Source: Octopus sinensis (Eukaryota). From it: a stretch of DNA of 64,000 bases. The stretch spans positions 10,230,001 through 10,294,000 of the forward strand of contig NC_043017.1 of NCBI RefSeq assembly GCF_006345805.1. The letters are read 5' to 3'. Below the pieces are notes generated by a model, which had not been told where the DNA came from, did no database searches, and saw only the letters and a list, made by a program, of their open reading frames with translations. Below are positions 13,289 through 25,030 of this stretch, piece after piece. How positions within the stretch are numbered: position 1 is the stretch's first letter; each line of letters starts with the position of its first letter. A program made the position numbers and the translations under genes.

Positions 13289-14599
13289 CCCAGAACGATA
13301 TGGTTGGGAAGCAAGCTTCTTACCACACAGCCACTCCACATTATTTTGAATAAATCATGCTTTATCTAACATTATTAAAATAGAAGCTTATTGTGGATTA
13401 AGTACTTTCAGAAATACCCTGCGACTTCTATATTAACAATATTAGATGTGATTTGAGGAAGATTTGGCTTTTATGGGGTTAAGAAGTTTAATTTGCAACC
13501 ACATGGTTTTGGATTCAGTCCCACACTGTTTCTAGGAAACAAGGTGGGATGGTCATACCTGGAATGGTTAAGCAACAATAGCACCAACAATGACAAAATG
13601 TCTGTTGTCTAGCTGTTTAGCTGCCTACCAGGCCGTATCATCCATATTTTTATAAATTAAAGGCTTCCAGGGGAAATATTTTAGAATAATTGTAAAAAAC
13701 TAATACAGCTTGGAATCAGTCACATCCCAACTCACTTCTACAGATGAATGAACTGAAGCAACGTAAATGAAGTTTCTTGCTCAAGAACGCGACACACAGC
13801 CTGGTCTAGGAATCGAATTCATTATCTCGTGATCATGAGCCCAATGCTCTAATCACTGAACCATGTGCCTTCACGCATGGCTCAGTGGTTGTTGTCGATG
13901 TCATTGTGTGTGTGTGTGTGTTTGTATTTTGGATGAGACACACTGTTTTATATAGGCTGAAGCATATAAAAGAATAAAAGATATGCAGGTGTGTTTGCTT
14001 GTGTGTACATAATGGTTGTAAACAACATACTGGTTGTCAACAAATATCTTCATCATTATCTTGTGGCCAGTGCCCCCTGACTGGCCCCTGTGCTGCTGGT
14101 ACGTAAAAACCCTATCCAAACGTGATTGATGCCAGGCCTGTCTGACTGGCCCCTGTGCCGCGGTGGCACATAAAAAGCACCCACATGCTAGGAGTGGTAG
14201 GTGTTAGGAAGAGCATCCAGCTGTAGAAACTTTGTCAGATCAGATTGGAGCCTGGTGCAGCCGCTGGCTCTCCAGACCTAAGTCAAACCATCCAACCCAT
14301 ACCAGCATGGAAAACAGACATTAAACGATGATCAACATGATGATGATGATCATCATCAAACAAGAAATATTGTTTGTTTTTAGTTCTCTGTGGAAAACAT
14401 TTCTGTCCAAGGGGAAAAAGACTGCCTTGCTTGGTTATAGCAACAGGAAGGGCATCTGACAGTAGAAAATCTGCCTCAATGCATTCTGTCTGCCCCATGC
14501 AAGCCTGGTAAAGTGGACATTAAATGATGCTGTAGATCTGTCAGGGAAGCGATTGTGAAGGTGATGGTCTGCAAAGGTGGCAGTTGTGGAAGTGGTGAT

Positions 14600-15680
14600 T
14601 TGGAGTTCTGATCATTGTGGTGGTGGTGGTGGTAGTGTGATGGGTGATGGTGGAGAGCTGGGCGAGATAGTAATGGTTGCAGTGGTGGTGGTGGTGGTGG
14701 TGGTGATGGTTGGTGTTCCCATACTTTTTGTTTTGGCAAGCTCATTTTGTTGTTCTTGTTGACATAGATGACGATGAAGATGATGATAATGATGATGGGG
14801 AGGAGGGGGGATGGGAATGACAATGATGATAAAGATGATGTTGACCACAATGATGATGATGATGATGATAATGACGATGACAATGATGATGATGATGATG
14901 ATGATGACATTGATGATATGATGAGGAGGAGAAGGAGGTGACAAGGGTGAGGAGATGATGATGACAATAGCAAAAATAACAATGACGAGATGATGATGAC
15001 ATCAACGACGACAACGATGATATTGGTGATGCTGATGATGATGATGTTCTCTTAGTTTACTAAGCTGGATTAAATTCACAGACAACCAACAAATAAAGAT
15101 GCAAGTTCTGGTGGTCGTGGTCGTGGCGGCGGCAGTGGTGATATGGTGGTGGTGGTGGTGGTGGTGTGGTATTGTGATGGGTGATGGTGGAGAGCTGGGC
15201 GAGATGGTAATGGTTGCAGTGGTGGTGGTGGTGGTGAGTGGTTTTTGTTTTGGCAAGCTCATTTTGTTGTTCTTGTTGACATAGATGACGATGAAGATGA
15301 TGATAATGATGATGAGGAGGAGGGGGGATGGGAATGACAATGATGATAAAGATGATGTTACCACAATGATGATGGGATGATGATGATAATGACGATGACA
15401 ATGATGATGATGATGATGACATTGATGATAATGATGAGGAGGAGAAGGAGGTGACAAGGATGATGATGATGACAACAGCAACAATAACAATGACGATGAT
15501 GATGATGACATCAACGACGACAACGATGATATTGGTGATGCTGATGATGATGATGTTCTCTTAGTTTACTAAGCTGGATTAAATTCACAGACAAACCAAC
15601 AAATAAAGATGCAAGTTCTGGTGGTCGTGGTCGTGGCGGCGGCAGTGGTGATGGTGGTGGTGGTGGTGGTGGTGGTGGGC
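14600..15680 (+). repeat. Tandem duplication of a roughly 520-bp microsatellite-rich unit (about 2 copies)
   Basis: Unique anchors occur twice: ttttggcaagctcattttgttgttc at about 14730 and 15250; gttctcttagtttactaagctggattaaattcacagaca at about 15047 and 15555. Confidence 0.9.
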
Positions 15681-16411
15681 ATGGAAGTGGCAGCAGCCTG
15701 TTTTAGTAGTGGTGGTGATGGCGGAGGTAGTGTGTGCAAGTGTGTGTGTGCATGTGTGCATTGGGGGAGGGGGATAACCTCTCCCTCCCCTTTCATAACT
15801 AGGAATGTCAACTGAAGACTAATGCTTCTTAAAGAATTTCTTCTTGATCTTCCATTTCAGATTCTTCTGTAATGGATGTATACATGCGCACACACACACA
15901 CGTATACTTTATGCATATAATATATATATAGATATATATATATATATATATAATATATATACACACATATATATTATATATATAGATGTACATACATGTA
16001 TATATATGTACATACATATATACTTATATATGTGTATATGTATAGATATATGCCTACTTGTTTTTGTGTATGTACTTGTGTTTGTGTGCATGTGTGTATA
16101 TGCATATGCATATACATAAGTACATACATGTATACAGATATATATGCATATATATATATATATATATATATGTGCGTGTGCTTGTGAGTATGTTGAGTAT
16201 TATATAAGTATATGTATATATGAATATGTATATATATATGTGTGTATATATATATATATACCCGTTATGTTGGTGTATAAATATTATAAATGTATGACTT
16301 ATCATAAACATATATTTGTGCATCTGTCTTTGTGTGAGTGTGTGTGTGCACATGTGTGCATGTATATATATATATACACACACACACACACATACATTAC
16401 ACACACACACG

Positions 16412-16443
<32 letters not shown>

Positions 16444-17323
16444 TAAAAATATGGTTTCTTAAATCAGAGCCAACACAAAAAAGTCTCAATCTGTAGCTAG
16501 TATTTCTATATTTTTCACGTGTATTCTTTCAATTTCGTATTATTATCATCGCTATTTCATAGTGTTTTGTGTCTTGAGATAAAGAACTAATGTCGTCTCT
16601 GCCTTCTTCCATGCTTGCTCCAGTACAAAGAAACACCTTCAGACAACTAACTATATTCACGACGTAGGAAGATACAGGTATATTAAATACCATACAGGTG
16701 AAAGAATGTAGCTTAGTGGTTTTGAGTTTTTGGTTCACGATCAGACACTCAGACAGGCACACGTCCTCCATAGGTCTACTTGATCAAGGCTGACTTAGAA
16801 CTAAAGAACAACAACATCAGGGGCCATTGTAATATTTATTCCTTGCAGATTTGGTTCTAGAGAGTTATACTTGCTACAAAACCTCCATAATCCATAAACT
16901 CCCTCAACAAGTTTTACCCTTGCCTTAACTGAAATCCCAATTTAGGCCAATCACACAGTATGAAGATATGGTATAATATAAACAACAAAATCCATAAGCT
17001 ATGAACTCCCTAAACACCCTAAACACATTTAACCCTTATTGGAATTAGAATCTTAATGAAGGACAACTCCCAAACCATGAGAACACATAATACTGTCAAC
17101 AATATATACAAATAAACAAGCACATCATAAGGTACACATCTCATCATCAGCTGCCAAACATATATCATTATGGTTTCTACCCTGATACAATACAGCAGAC
17201 ATAAGTAAGAAATGAACTGCTAACCTCTTACTTTGTTGCTCCAATTCCCAATCAGCTCAGCAATAACCAAAGATCCATCAAAGTCAGACCCAACAAGCGC
17301 TATGGTGTATAGTAATTACTTAC

Positions 17324-17357
17324 CGTTATCCTGCCGAGCTCACAATGAGTGCCAAAT
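17324..17357 (-). CDS. Weak candidate 34-nt exon
   Basis: Acceptor ctccttcatttAG and consensus donor ACG|gtaagt. Phase 2 is open: FGTHCELGRIT. Confidence 0.25.
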
Positions 17358-17785
17358 CTAAATGAAGGAGGAGCTTCTCTTTGTTGTAGGTGATGTGGAA
17401 GGTAAGGATGTTAATGTTTCTGTAAGATGGCTAGCTGATGGAGGCTTGAGGTATATTATTTTTTTCTCTAAATTCTGAGAAGGAATAAGGCTCCCCCGAA
17501 GTCACAAAAGTTTTTCTGGACCCAGTATTTACTGACTTGCATCAAGTGCCAACATTGCTGCTAATTGGCGGCCAAGATCTTTAACATGGATTTTCTGCCA
17601 AGTTCTCATGGCAGATTGTCAAAGTAAAGCTTTAAAATAAACCTGTTATTGGTCATGTCCTTCTCTTAAACAGCATCACAAATGGTTGGTCAAACACTTC
17701 ACACGTTTATTTTAAACCCTGCCACTGACCACCACCACCACAAACTTATTCTAGCACATCATTTATTCTAGTCTATTACAAACCA

Positions 17786-17816
<31 letters not shown>

Positions 17817-17929
17817 TGAGAGGGAGCCTGTTGACAGTAAATCAACCCTGCTAAAAATTTCCAGTTAATCTTGCTTGACTCTAACCCTAATTCTCTGATG
17901 CATATTTCCTGTTTTAAAATGATCTGAAT

Positions 17930-20120
17930 CAAAACCTTTCCATTGAAATTTCATGATAATTTATGCCCCAAACAATCGTTCAATTAACAACAAAGTTACT
18001 TTACTAAATTCTTCATGATTTTCAAAACTGATTAAAAGAAAGGCTGTGCATTTCAACAGAAATGTGGTAACAAAAAGTTAAAACATTTTTTACATGGATT
18101 TTCCTGGTCTGAATGAAGAAAATCTAATACTGAGATTCGTCAGTCTTCACAACAAACAACTAGATAGAACTTGATAGAACTCCCAAGTGTAAGATATTTA
18201 GGATAAACACATCATCTATTAACCCTTCTAACACCAAACCTACCTTAGACCACACCTACTTTTATGATATAAGTTTTCTGCTTTCACCCTGTAATACCTG
18301 TTTTACGTGCAGACTAGCTATATTCAGCCTCTCACGCCTACCCTACAATGTCTTACAAGAAATAAACAAGCACATCATCAAAGTCTCAACATGAAAAAGA
18401 TAATGCAGGACAAATTAAAAACAATGTTAATAAATAGATATTAGATTACACTGACTAATCACCATCATCATCATCGTTGTCCTTTCACGTCCACTTTCCA
18501 TGATGGCATGGGTTAGACGGTTTGACTGAGGACTGGCAAGTCAGAAGGCTGCACCAGGCTCCAATCTGATCTGGCAATGTTTCTACAGCTGGTTGCCCTT
18601 CCTAATGCCAACCACTCCAAGAGTGTAGTGGATGCTTTTTATGTGCCACCAGCACAGGAGCCAGTCAGGTGAATCTGAATGCTAAGGGGTTAAAGAGAGA
18701 TTAATTAAAACCTTCTAATTAAAACCTTCTGTGCTAATTTTTATTCCAAACACCAGCTTACTAATGACAAGGTTGTTTTACTAAATTCTGCATTATTTTC
18801 AAAATTAATCCAAACAAAGGCTGTGTATTTCAACAGAAATATGCTTACAAAAGGATTAAAATGATCTGAATTAAAACCTTCCATTAAAATTTTATGTTAA
18901 TTTACATTCCAAACAACAGCAAAATAACAACAACGGTTATTTTACTAAATTTGTTATTTTAAAATTTAATGGAAAGGCAATGTATTTCAACAGAAATATG
19001 GTAACAAAAGGGTTGAACTAGTGCTTGGAGCATAAATTAACATGAAATAATGAAGAAAGATTTTAATTTAACCCTTTTGATACCTACCAACCAACCAACC
19101 AACCAGCCTGCCTGACTTTGCCTCTATTTCTATGATACAAACCTCCTGTCTTAAAGTGATCTAAATTTAAACCTTCCTTCAAAATTTCACGTTAATTTAT
19201 GTTTCAAAACACCAGATTGACAGTTTTTCTACTAAATTCATTATTTTAAAAATTAATTGAAAGGGAAGGTTTACAAAAATAAACAAAAGACGAAGGCAGG
19301 TGGAGTACAAACAAACAAATGTATTAGTATGGCGCTCAGGAATAGAAATAAAACAAGTCTTTTACGTTTCGAGCCTATGCTCTTCTACAGAAAGATACAC
19401 AGAAAAGAAACAAGGAGAGAAAAAAATGCGTGCAGGAGCTAACAATTCCCCCTACCGAATACTGTTACAAGGCATTGGTTAACCTGGAGCTATAGTAGAA
19501 AATACTTGCCCAAGGTGCCATGTATTTGGATTGAACCTGAAATCACATAGCTACCAAGTGAGTGAAATGGCTGTGGTCGGAATTGCTTTTATCATATTTC
19601 TGCTTCACCAATACAGCTCACCTGAGCAGAAATATAGTAACAAAAGGGTTTAAGTAATCTTAATTAAAAACTTCCATCGTAATCTCACCTTAATTTATGT
19701 TCCAAATGCCAACTTAAAAATGGCAAAATTATTATTTGAAATTCTTCATTATTTAAAAAAATATTGACCCAAAAGAGTCAATATTTAAAACAATAAATTC
19801 CAATTGGACATGTTTTGAGAAAACTAAATATACCACTGGCCCTTTTTTTTTTTTCTTTGTTAATCAATAATCACAAAGATCAAAGTTACAAAGCCTTAAT
19901 GCATTAAAGAAGTTTTGAAAAAATATATACAAAAGGGTCTATCCTGATGTAATGTTAGTTTTGTCCCATTTGATACCAACCCACCTGATACTACCTCTGG
20001 TTCTTAGATCAATCAAAACCTTCCATCAAAATTTCATGTTAATTTATGTTCCAAACACCAGATTAATAACGGCCAAGTTGTTTTATGAGATTCTCCATTG
20101 TTTTTAAAATTAATTGAAAC
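17930..20120 (+). mobile_element. Cluster of at least six same-orientation fragments of a TTAA-type MITE family
   Basis: Repeated units aaaaccttccat..aaatttcatgttaatttatgttccaaacacc...tttcaacagaaatatggtaacaaaagggtt at about 17930, 18700, 18860, 19075, 19655 and 19970. Confidence 0.7.
19358..19395 (-). ncRNA. Minimal type I hammerhead-like motif with A6U core variant
   Basis: tcttt CTGTAGA a GAGC atag GCTC GAAAC GTA aaaga: 5-bp stem I and 4-bp stem II. Confidence 0.45.
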
Positions 20121-20125
20121 ACAAT

Positions 20126-20515
20126 AGGCACAGTAGTGGCTGTGTGATAAGTAACTTGCTAACCAACCACATGGTTCCGGGTTCAGTCCCACTGCGTGGC
20201 ATCTTGGGCAAGTGTCTTCTGCTATAGCCCCCGGGCCGACCAATGACTTGTGAGTGGATCTGGTAGACAGAAACTGAAAGAAGCCTGTCGTATATATGTA
20301 TGTATATATATATGTTTGTGTGTCTGTGTTTGTCCCCCTAGCATTGCTTGACAACCGATGCTGATGTGTTTACGTCCCCGTCACTTAGCGGTTCGGCAAA
20401 AGAGACCGATAGAATAAGTACTGGGCTTACAAAGAATAAGTCCCGGGGTCGATTTGCTCGACTAAAGGCGGTGCTCCAGCATAGCCGCAGTCGAATGACT
20501 GAAACAAGTAAAAGA
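20126..20515 (+). mobile_element. SINE family A, full-length copy (tRNA-derived head, internal microsatellite, (taaaaga)n-like tail)
   Basis: A-box-like gtggctgtgtgataag and B-box-like ggttcagtccc; near-identical to 28741-29122; more than 12 related copies in the window. Confidence 0.9.
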
Positions 20516-21137
20516 GAGAAAGAGAGAGAGACAATGCCAAGTAAATGGCACCTGTGAAATCGTTGTCATGGCCGTTCCTGGTGTCATGTAAATGGCTCTT
20601 GTGGCTGGTGTTGGGAAGGGCAGCCAGCCATAGAAACCCTGCCAAATCAGACTGGAACCTGGTGCAGCTCTCTGGCATACCAGTTCCGGTCAAACTGTCT
20701 AACCCATGCCGACATGGAAAGCGGACATCAAATGATGATTGATGATGATGAAAGTCAGAGTGTTTCTACTGAAATATCAAAACAAAAGGTTTAAATCTCT
20801 TTCAAATTACACACTTACCTACACCACTCATTGCAGGAATCGAACCCACAGCCTTATTATGATCATGAGCTTAAGACCTTAAATCCTATGCCAAGCACTT
20901 ACATTATATACAAGTAAGATTAATAAAATAAAATTTTAAAAATAGACATGGCTGTGTAGTTAAGAAACTTGCTTTGCAATCATGTGGATCTGGGTTCCAT
21001 CCTATTGCATGGCATCTTCAGCAAGTGTTTTCAACAATAGTGTAAATTTGATGGATGGAAACAGTGAAAGCCTATTATGTGTGCGTGTATTATATCAAGG
21101 TATGTTATAATAAATATGTAACATGTAATTATAAACT

Positions 21138-21170
<33 letters not shown>

Positions 21171-21253
21171 AGAGGGTCAGCGCACATTCAGATGGCTGAT
21201 CCCTCTTATATTATAGAGCAGTTACTGTTATATCTCGCCCAGAGATTTATTAT

Positions 21254-21296
<43 letters not shown>

Positions 21297-21327
21297 TATG
21301 CATATATATATACACACACACATATGC

Positions 21328-21358
<31 letters not shown>

Positions 21359-21568
21359 TATATGTGTGTATGTATATATATGTATAAACATATTCCCCCT
21401 ACCGAATACTCTCACAAAGCATTGGTCAACCTGGAGCTATAGTAGAAAATACTTGCCCAAGGTGCCATGTATTTGGATTGAACCTGAAATCACATAGCTA
21501 CCAAGTGAGTGAAATGGCTGTGGTCGGAATTGCTTTTATCATATTTCTGCTTCACCAATACAGCTCAC

Positions 21569-21685
21569 CTGAGCCAATAATGTTCATAAGATTTCAGCAT
21601 GTAGCGGCCCTTATCTTGCGCTCTTATTGCCCTGTGGTATCTAGTTCCCACGTGAAACCCATTTGAAGAATGGTGAATCTCAGAC
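21569..21685 (-). CDS. Weak candidate 117-nt exon
   Basis: Good donor CAG|gtgagc but weak acceptor tttatgacAG. Phase 2 is open: SEIHHSSNGFHVGTRYHRAIRAQDKGRYMLKSYEHYWL. Confidence 0.3.
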
Positions 21686-21819
21686 CTGTCATAAATTCTG
21701 GCACCGTTTGGGAGATTTTATTTCTTTTCTGCAAAACACATCTATCATGTCTATCTAGCACCAAAGAAATTCACCAGAACCATGCCTGCTGCTGCCATTG
21801 TAGATGAGCTGTGGTGTGC

Positions 21820-21878
<59 letters not shown>

Positions 21879-22225
21879 GTACATGTAAATATGTATATGT
21901 GTGTGCATGTGTATAGTGTAGTGTATGTATAAGCAATTATATATATATGCATATATAGTGTACATATATGTATGATCATATATATATATATATATATATA
22001 TGTGTGTATGTATATATATATCCATGGCCACCCATTCCTCTTACACTCAAAAATTCCCACGCCCCTCACTACTAACCCTATTACACCCCCCCCCCCAATC
22101 ATTCTTCTTTCTCTTCTGCTTCACAGTTCTCCATCACCTAAGTCCCTTTACAAACTTAACTGACACTTGCTTAATTTGTCTTCAAGACCAACCTGCCCCT
22201 TTAATTTTTACATTATTATTATTAT

Positions 22226-22259
<34 letters not shown>

Positions 22260-22741
22260 TTCATTTTTTTTTGTATCGCGGTCCTGTCAATTCCCTTTTA
22301 ACTAATTCCATAATCTGTTTCTTGCAAGCTTTCTGTGCCAACGAACAATGCATTAAGCTTCCAGAAACTGGTCCACCCACCCTACCTTCCTTCTTCACCC
22401 CACCCCACCCCCATTCTTCCCCACCCCTACCCTAGGCCTACTGCAGAGGGGGGTAAGAGTAGCAATGGGGATAGTGAAGGCACCCCACCCACCGTTCACC
22501 CCCAACCGTTCACCTCCTCCCCTCCCACCATTGTCACATCCCCACTCCCACCCACTTATATAAATGGCTTCCTCTGCCAACATTGCTGACCCTTTAACTG
22601 CTTCTTCAGCCCCTCCCCCCCACTAATGCATCCCCTATCATCCAACCATACCATCACCAGCATTCCAACCCCTGGTATTAAATATATATATGTACATATA
22701 TACATACATATATACATACATATATACATACATATATATAT

Positions 22742-22800
<59 letters not shown>

Positions 22801-22895
22801 TTGTACACACACACACACATACACTTGCATGCTCACACACACATGCACACATATATCATATTTTATATAATACATTATTACATATATATTGTATG

Positions 22896-22942
<47 letters not shown>

Positions 22943-23050
22943 CACCACATACATACACACACATATTATATAAACATATTATACATGTTATATTTTTGTA
23001 TATTACACATATAATATATATATATATATATAATATATACATATATATAT

Positions 23051-23108
<58 letters not shown>

Positions 23109-24222
23109 TGACAATGATGTTGGTGATGATATATATATGCATATTTTTTATAGACATAATTTTATTTATTTATTTACCTTTTCTTTTCACCCCAGCCCAC
23201 TCCCAGCATGATCTGCATTTGCCCCACTTCCCATCTGTTCCCATCCCACCCATCCACCCACCACCTTCATCTCAATCATTTCTTCTTCTGTGTCTTCATC
23301 GCCACGTCACCCCCCCCTTACTCTGCTACATTTCTCCCTCACTCCAAGGGCCTTGGTACCGTTTCTCTCTAACTTTCATTTCATATCAAAATAAAAGACA
23401 TATATATATATATATATATATAATATATATACAACCTCCCCCACCCCCACATACACAAAAAAAATCTGCTCCCATATTTCCTTTTTTCGTTCCTTCAAAG
23501 CCCTTACTTATGAAAAACAGTTAGACATTTCTTTCCTCCCCAACCCTGTCTTTTGTTTTCACCCCTCACAGGAAGACATCACATTCTAAAATACCTTCTC
23601 TGAGAGAGAGAGAGAGAGCATCTAAGTGGTAGCTTAACTTGCTAGAAAGTGCAGCTAAATCTCTCTCCCCTGAATTACATTCTGCATCCTTAAATAATAA
23701 ATGAAAAACTTGGGGATACACACATCAGATAAAGTAGTCCCCAGTAGCCCTTAAAAGGACTTGATGGGCCTGACTAGAATGCACCTGATCCTTTTGTTAT
23801 TATATAGGTACAAGTATGGCTGTGTGGAGGCACGTGGCTTACTTGTTAGGGGTGTTGGACTATAGAAATGATTATAGTAGTAGAGAAATCACTGGCATAT
23901 AAATATAGTCGCTCATCAGGTTAAAAATACTATAATCTACTACTATAATCATTTCTTAAATATAGCAGCGAAACAAGTGTCGTTTTTCTACCTATTATAT
24001 ACATTATATTATTTTTGTAATTGACTTAATGTTTACTTTTTAATTGTTATTTTAATTTTAACTTTTCTATTATATGTAATTTAATTATTCATTTTGAATT
24101 GATAAATGGTGTTTTTTTTCTAATATTTTATATACATATTATATTGTGTGGAATTTGATTTAGTATTTCTAAATTGAATTCTTTTTCCTTGTAAGTTTGG
24201 ATTTTATTCCCTCAAATAATAA

Positions 24223-24287
<65 letters not shown>

Positions 24288-24291
24288 ATAC

Positions 24292-24490
24292 ATTTTGGGA
24301 AGAGTTTATCATGAAGTGCACACATATAGCTATAAACAATAGCATGGAAATATTGGGTTAAAAGACTCACTGTGATTTTCTAACTAAAAGGATTTTTATA
24401 ACTGAACATTTACAGGCTATTGTTTATAGCTTTATGTGTGTGCTTTGAGATCCACTATTCCAGAAAGAATCATTTCACCTTCTCCCAAAA
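24292..24490. mobile_element. About 200-bp fold-back (MITE-like) element
   Basis: Outer ttttgggaaga and tctcccaaaa; inner near-perfect 25-bp inverted repeat cacacatatagctataaacaatagc / gctattgtttatagctttatgtgtg. Confidence 0.55.
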
Positions 24491-24525
24491 GTTTATAAAA
24501 CTTCTTATGAACATTATTTACATTA

Positions 24526-25030
24526 TGGCATAGTGGTTAAAAGTGCAGTCTAATAACCCCAAGAGTCTGAGTTCGATTCCAGGCAGTGACCAGGATAATA
24601 ATAATAATAAGATCGAAAAATACCTTAGGAATGTAAAACCAGGTTCAAAATTTTTCCAAGACACCTGATGAAGGCTGGAGGGTATATCAGCTGAAGGCGG
24701 CGAGCTGGCAGAACGTTAGCACGCCGGGCGAAATACTTTGTGGTATTTCGTCTGTCTTTACGTTCTGTGTTCAAATTCTGCCGAGGTTGACTTTGCCTTT
24801 CATCCTTTCGGGGTCGATAAATAAAGTACCAGTTACGCACTGGGGTCGATATAATTGACTTAATCCGTTTGTCTGTCCTTGTTTGTCCCTTCTGTGTTTA
24901 GCCCCTTGTGGGTAGTAAAGAAATGGGTATATCAGCTGAAACGTTGTGTTAATGAACAAGATGAGGATAAATATCCGTCATGATGTAAATAATGCACATA
25001 ATTCCTCATTCCTTAAATATAGAACTGTAG
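24526..25030 (+). mobile_element. tRNA-headed element carrying a minimal hammerhead-like motif, interrupted by SINE B
   Basis: A-box TGGCATAGTGGT at 24526 and B-box GAGTTCGATTCC at 24569-24580. After removing the SINE and one duplication copy the sequence reads acac CTGATGA a ggctg..cagct GAAAC GTT gtgt. Confidence 0.6.
24696..24924 (+). mobile_element. SINE family B, young insertion with a 16-bp target-site duplication
   Basis: Head ggcggcgagctggcagaacgttag, B-box-like gttcaaattc, central tttcatcctttcggggtcgataaa. Flanked by gggtatatcagctgaa at 24680-24695 and 24925-24940. Confidence 0.9.

Noticed and set aside
13064-13369. ORFs spanning X residues
   Set aside because: They cross the 100-N assembly gap.
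16529-16771. 80-aa minus-strand ORF
   Set aside because: No recognisable homology or splice support; length expected by chance.
20126-20200. tRNA gene calls at A-box/B-box motifs (also 24526, 24696, 43797)
   Set aside because: No complete cloverleaf, and each continues into a repeated body; these are SINE heads.
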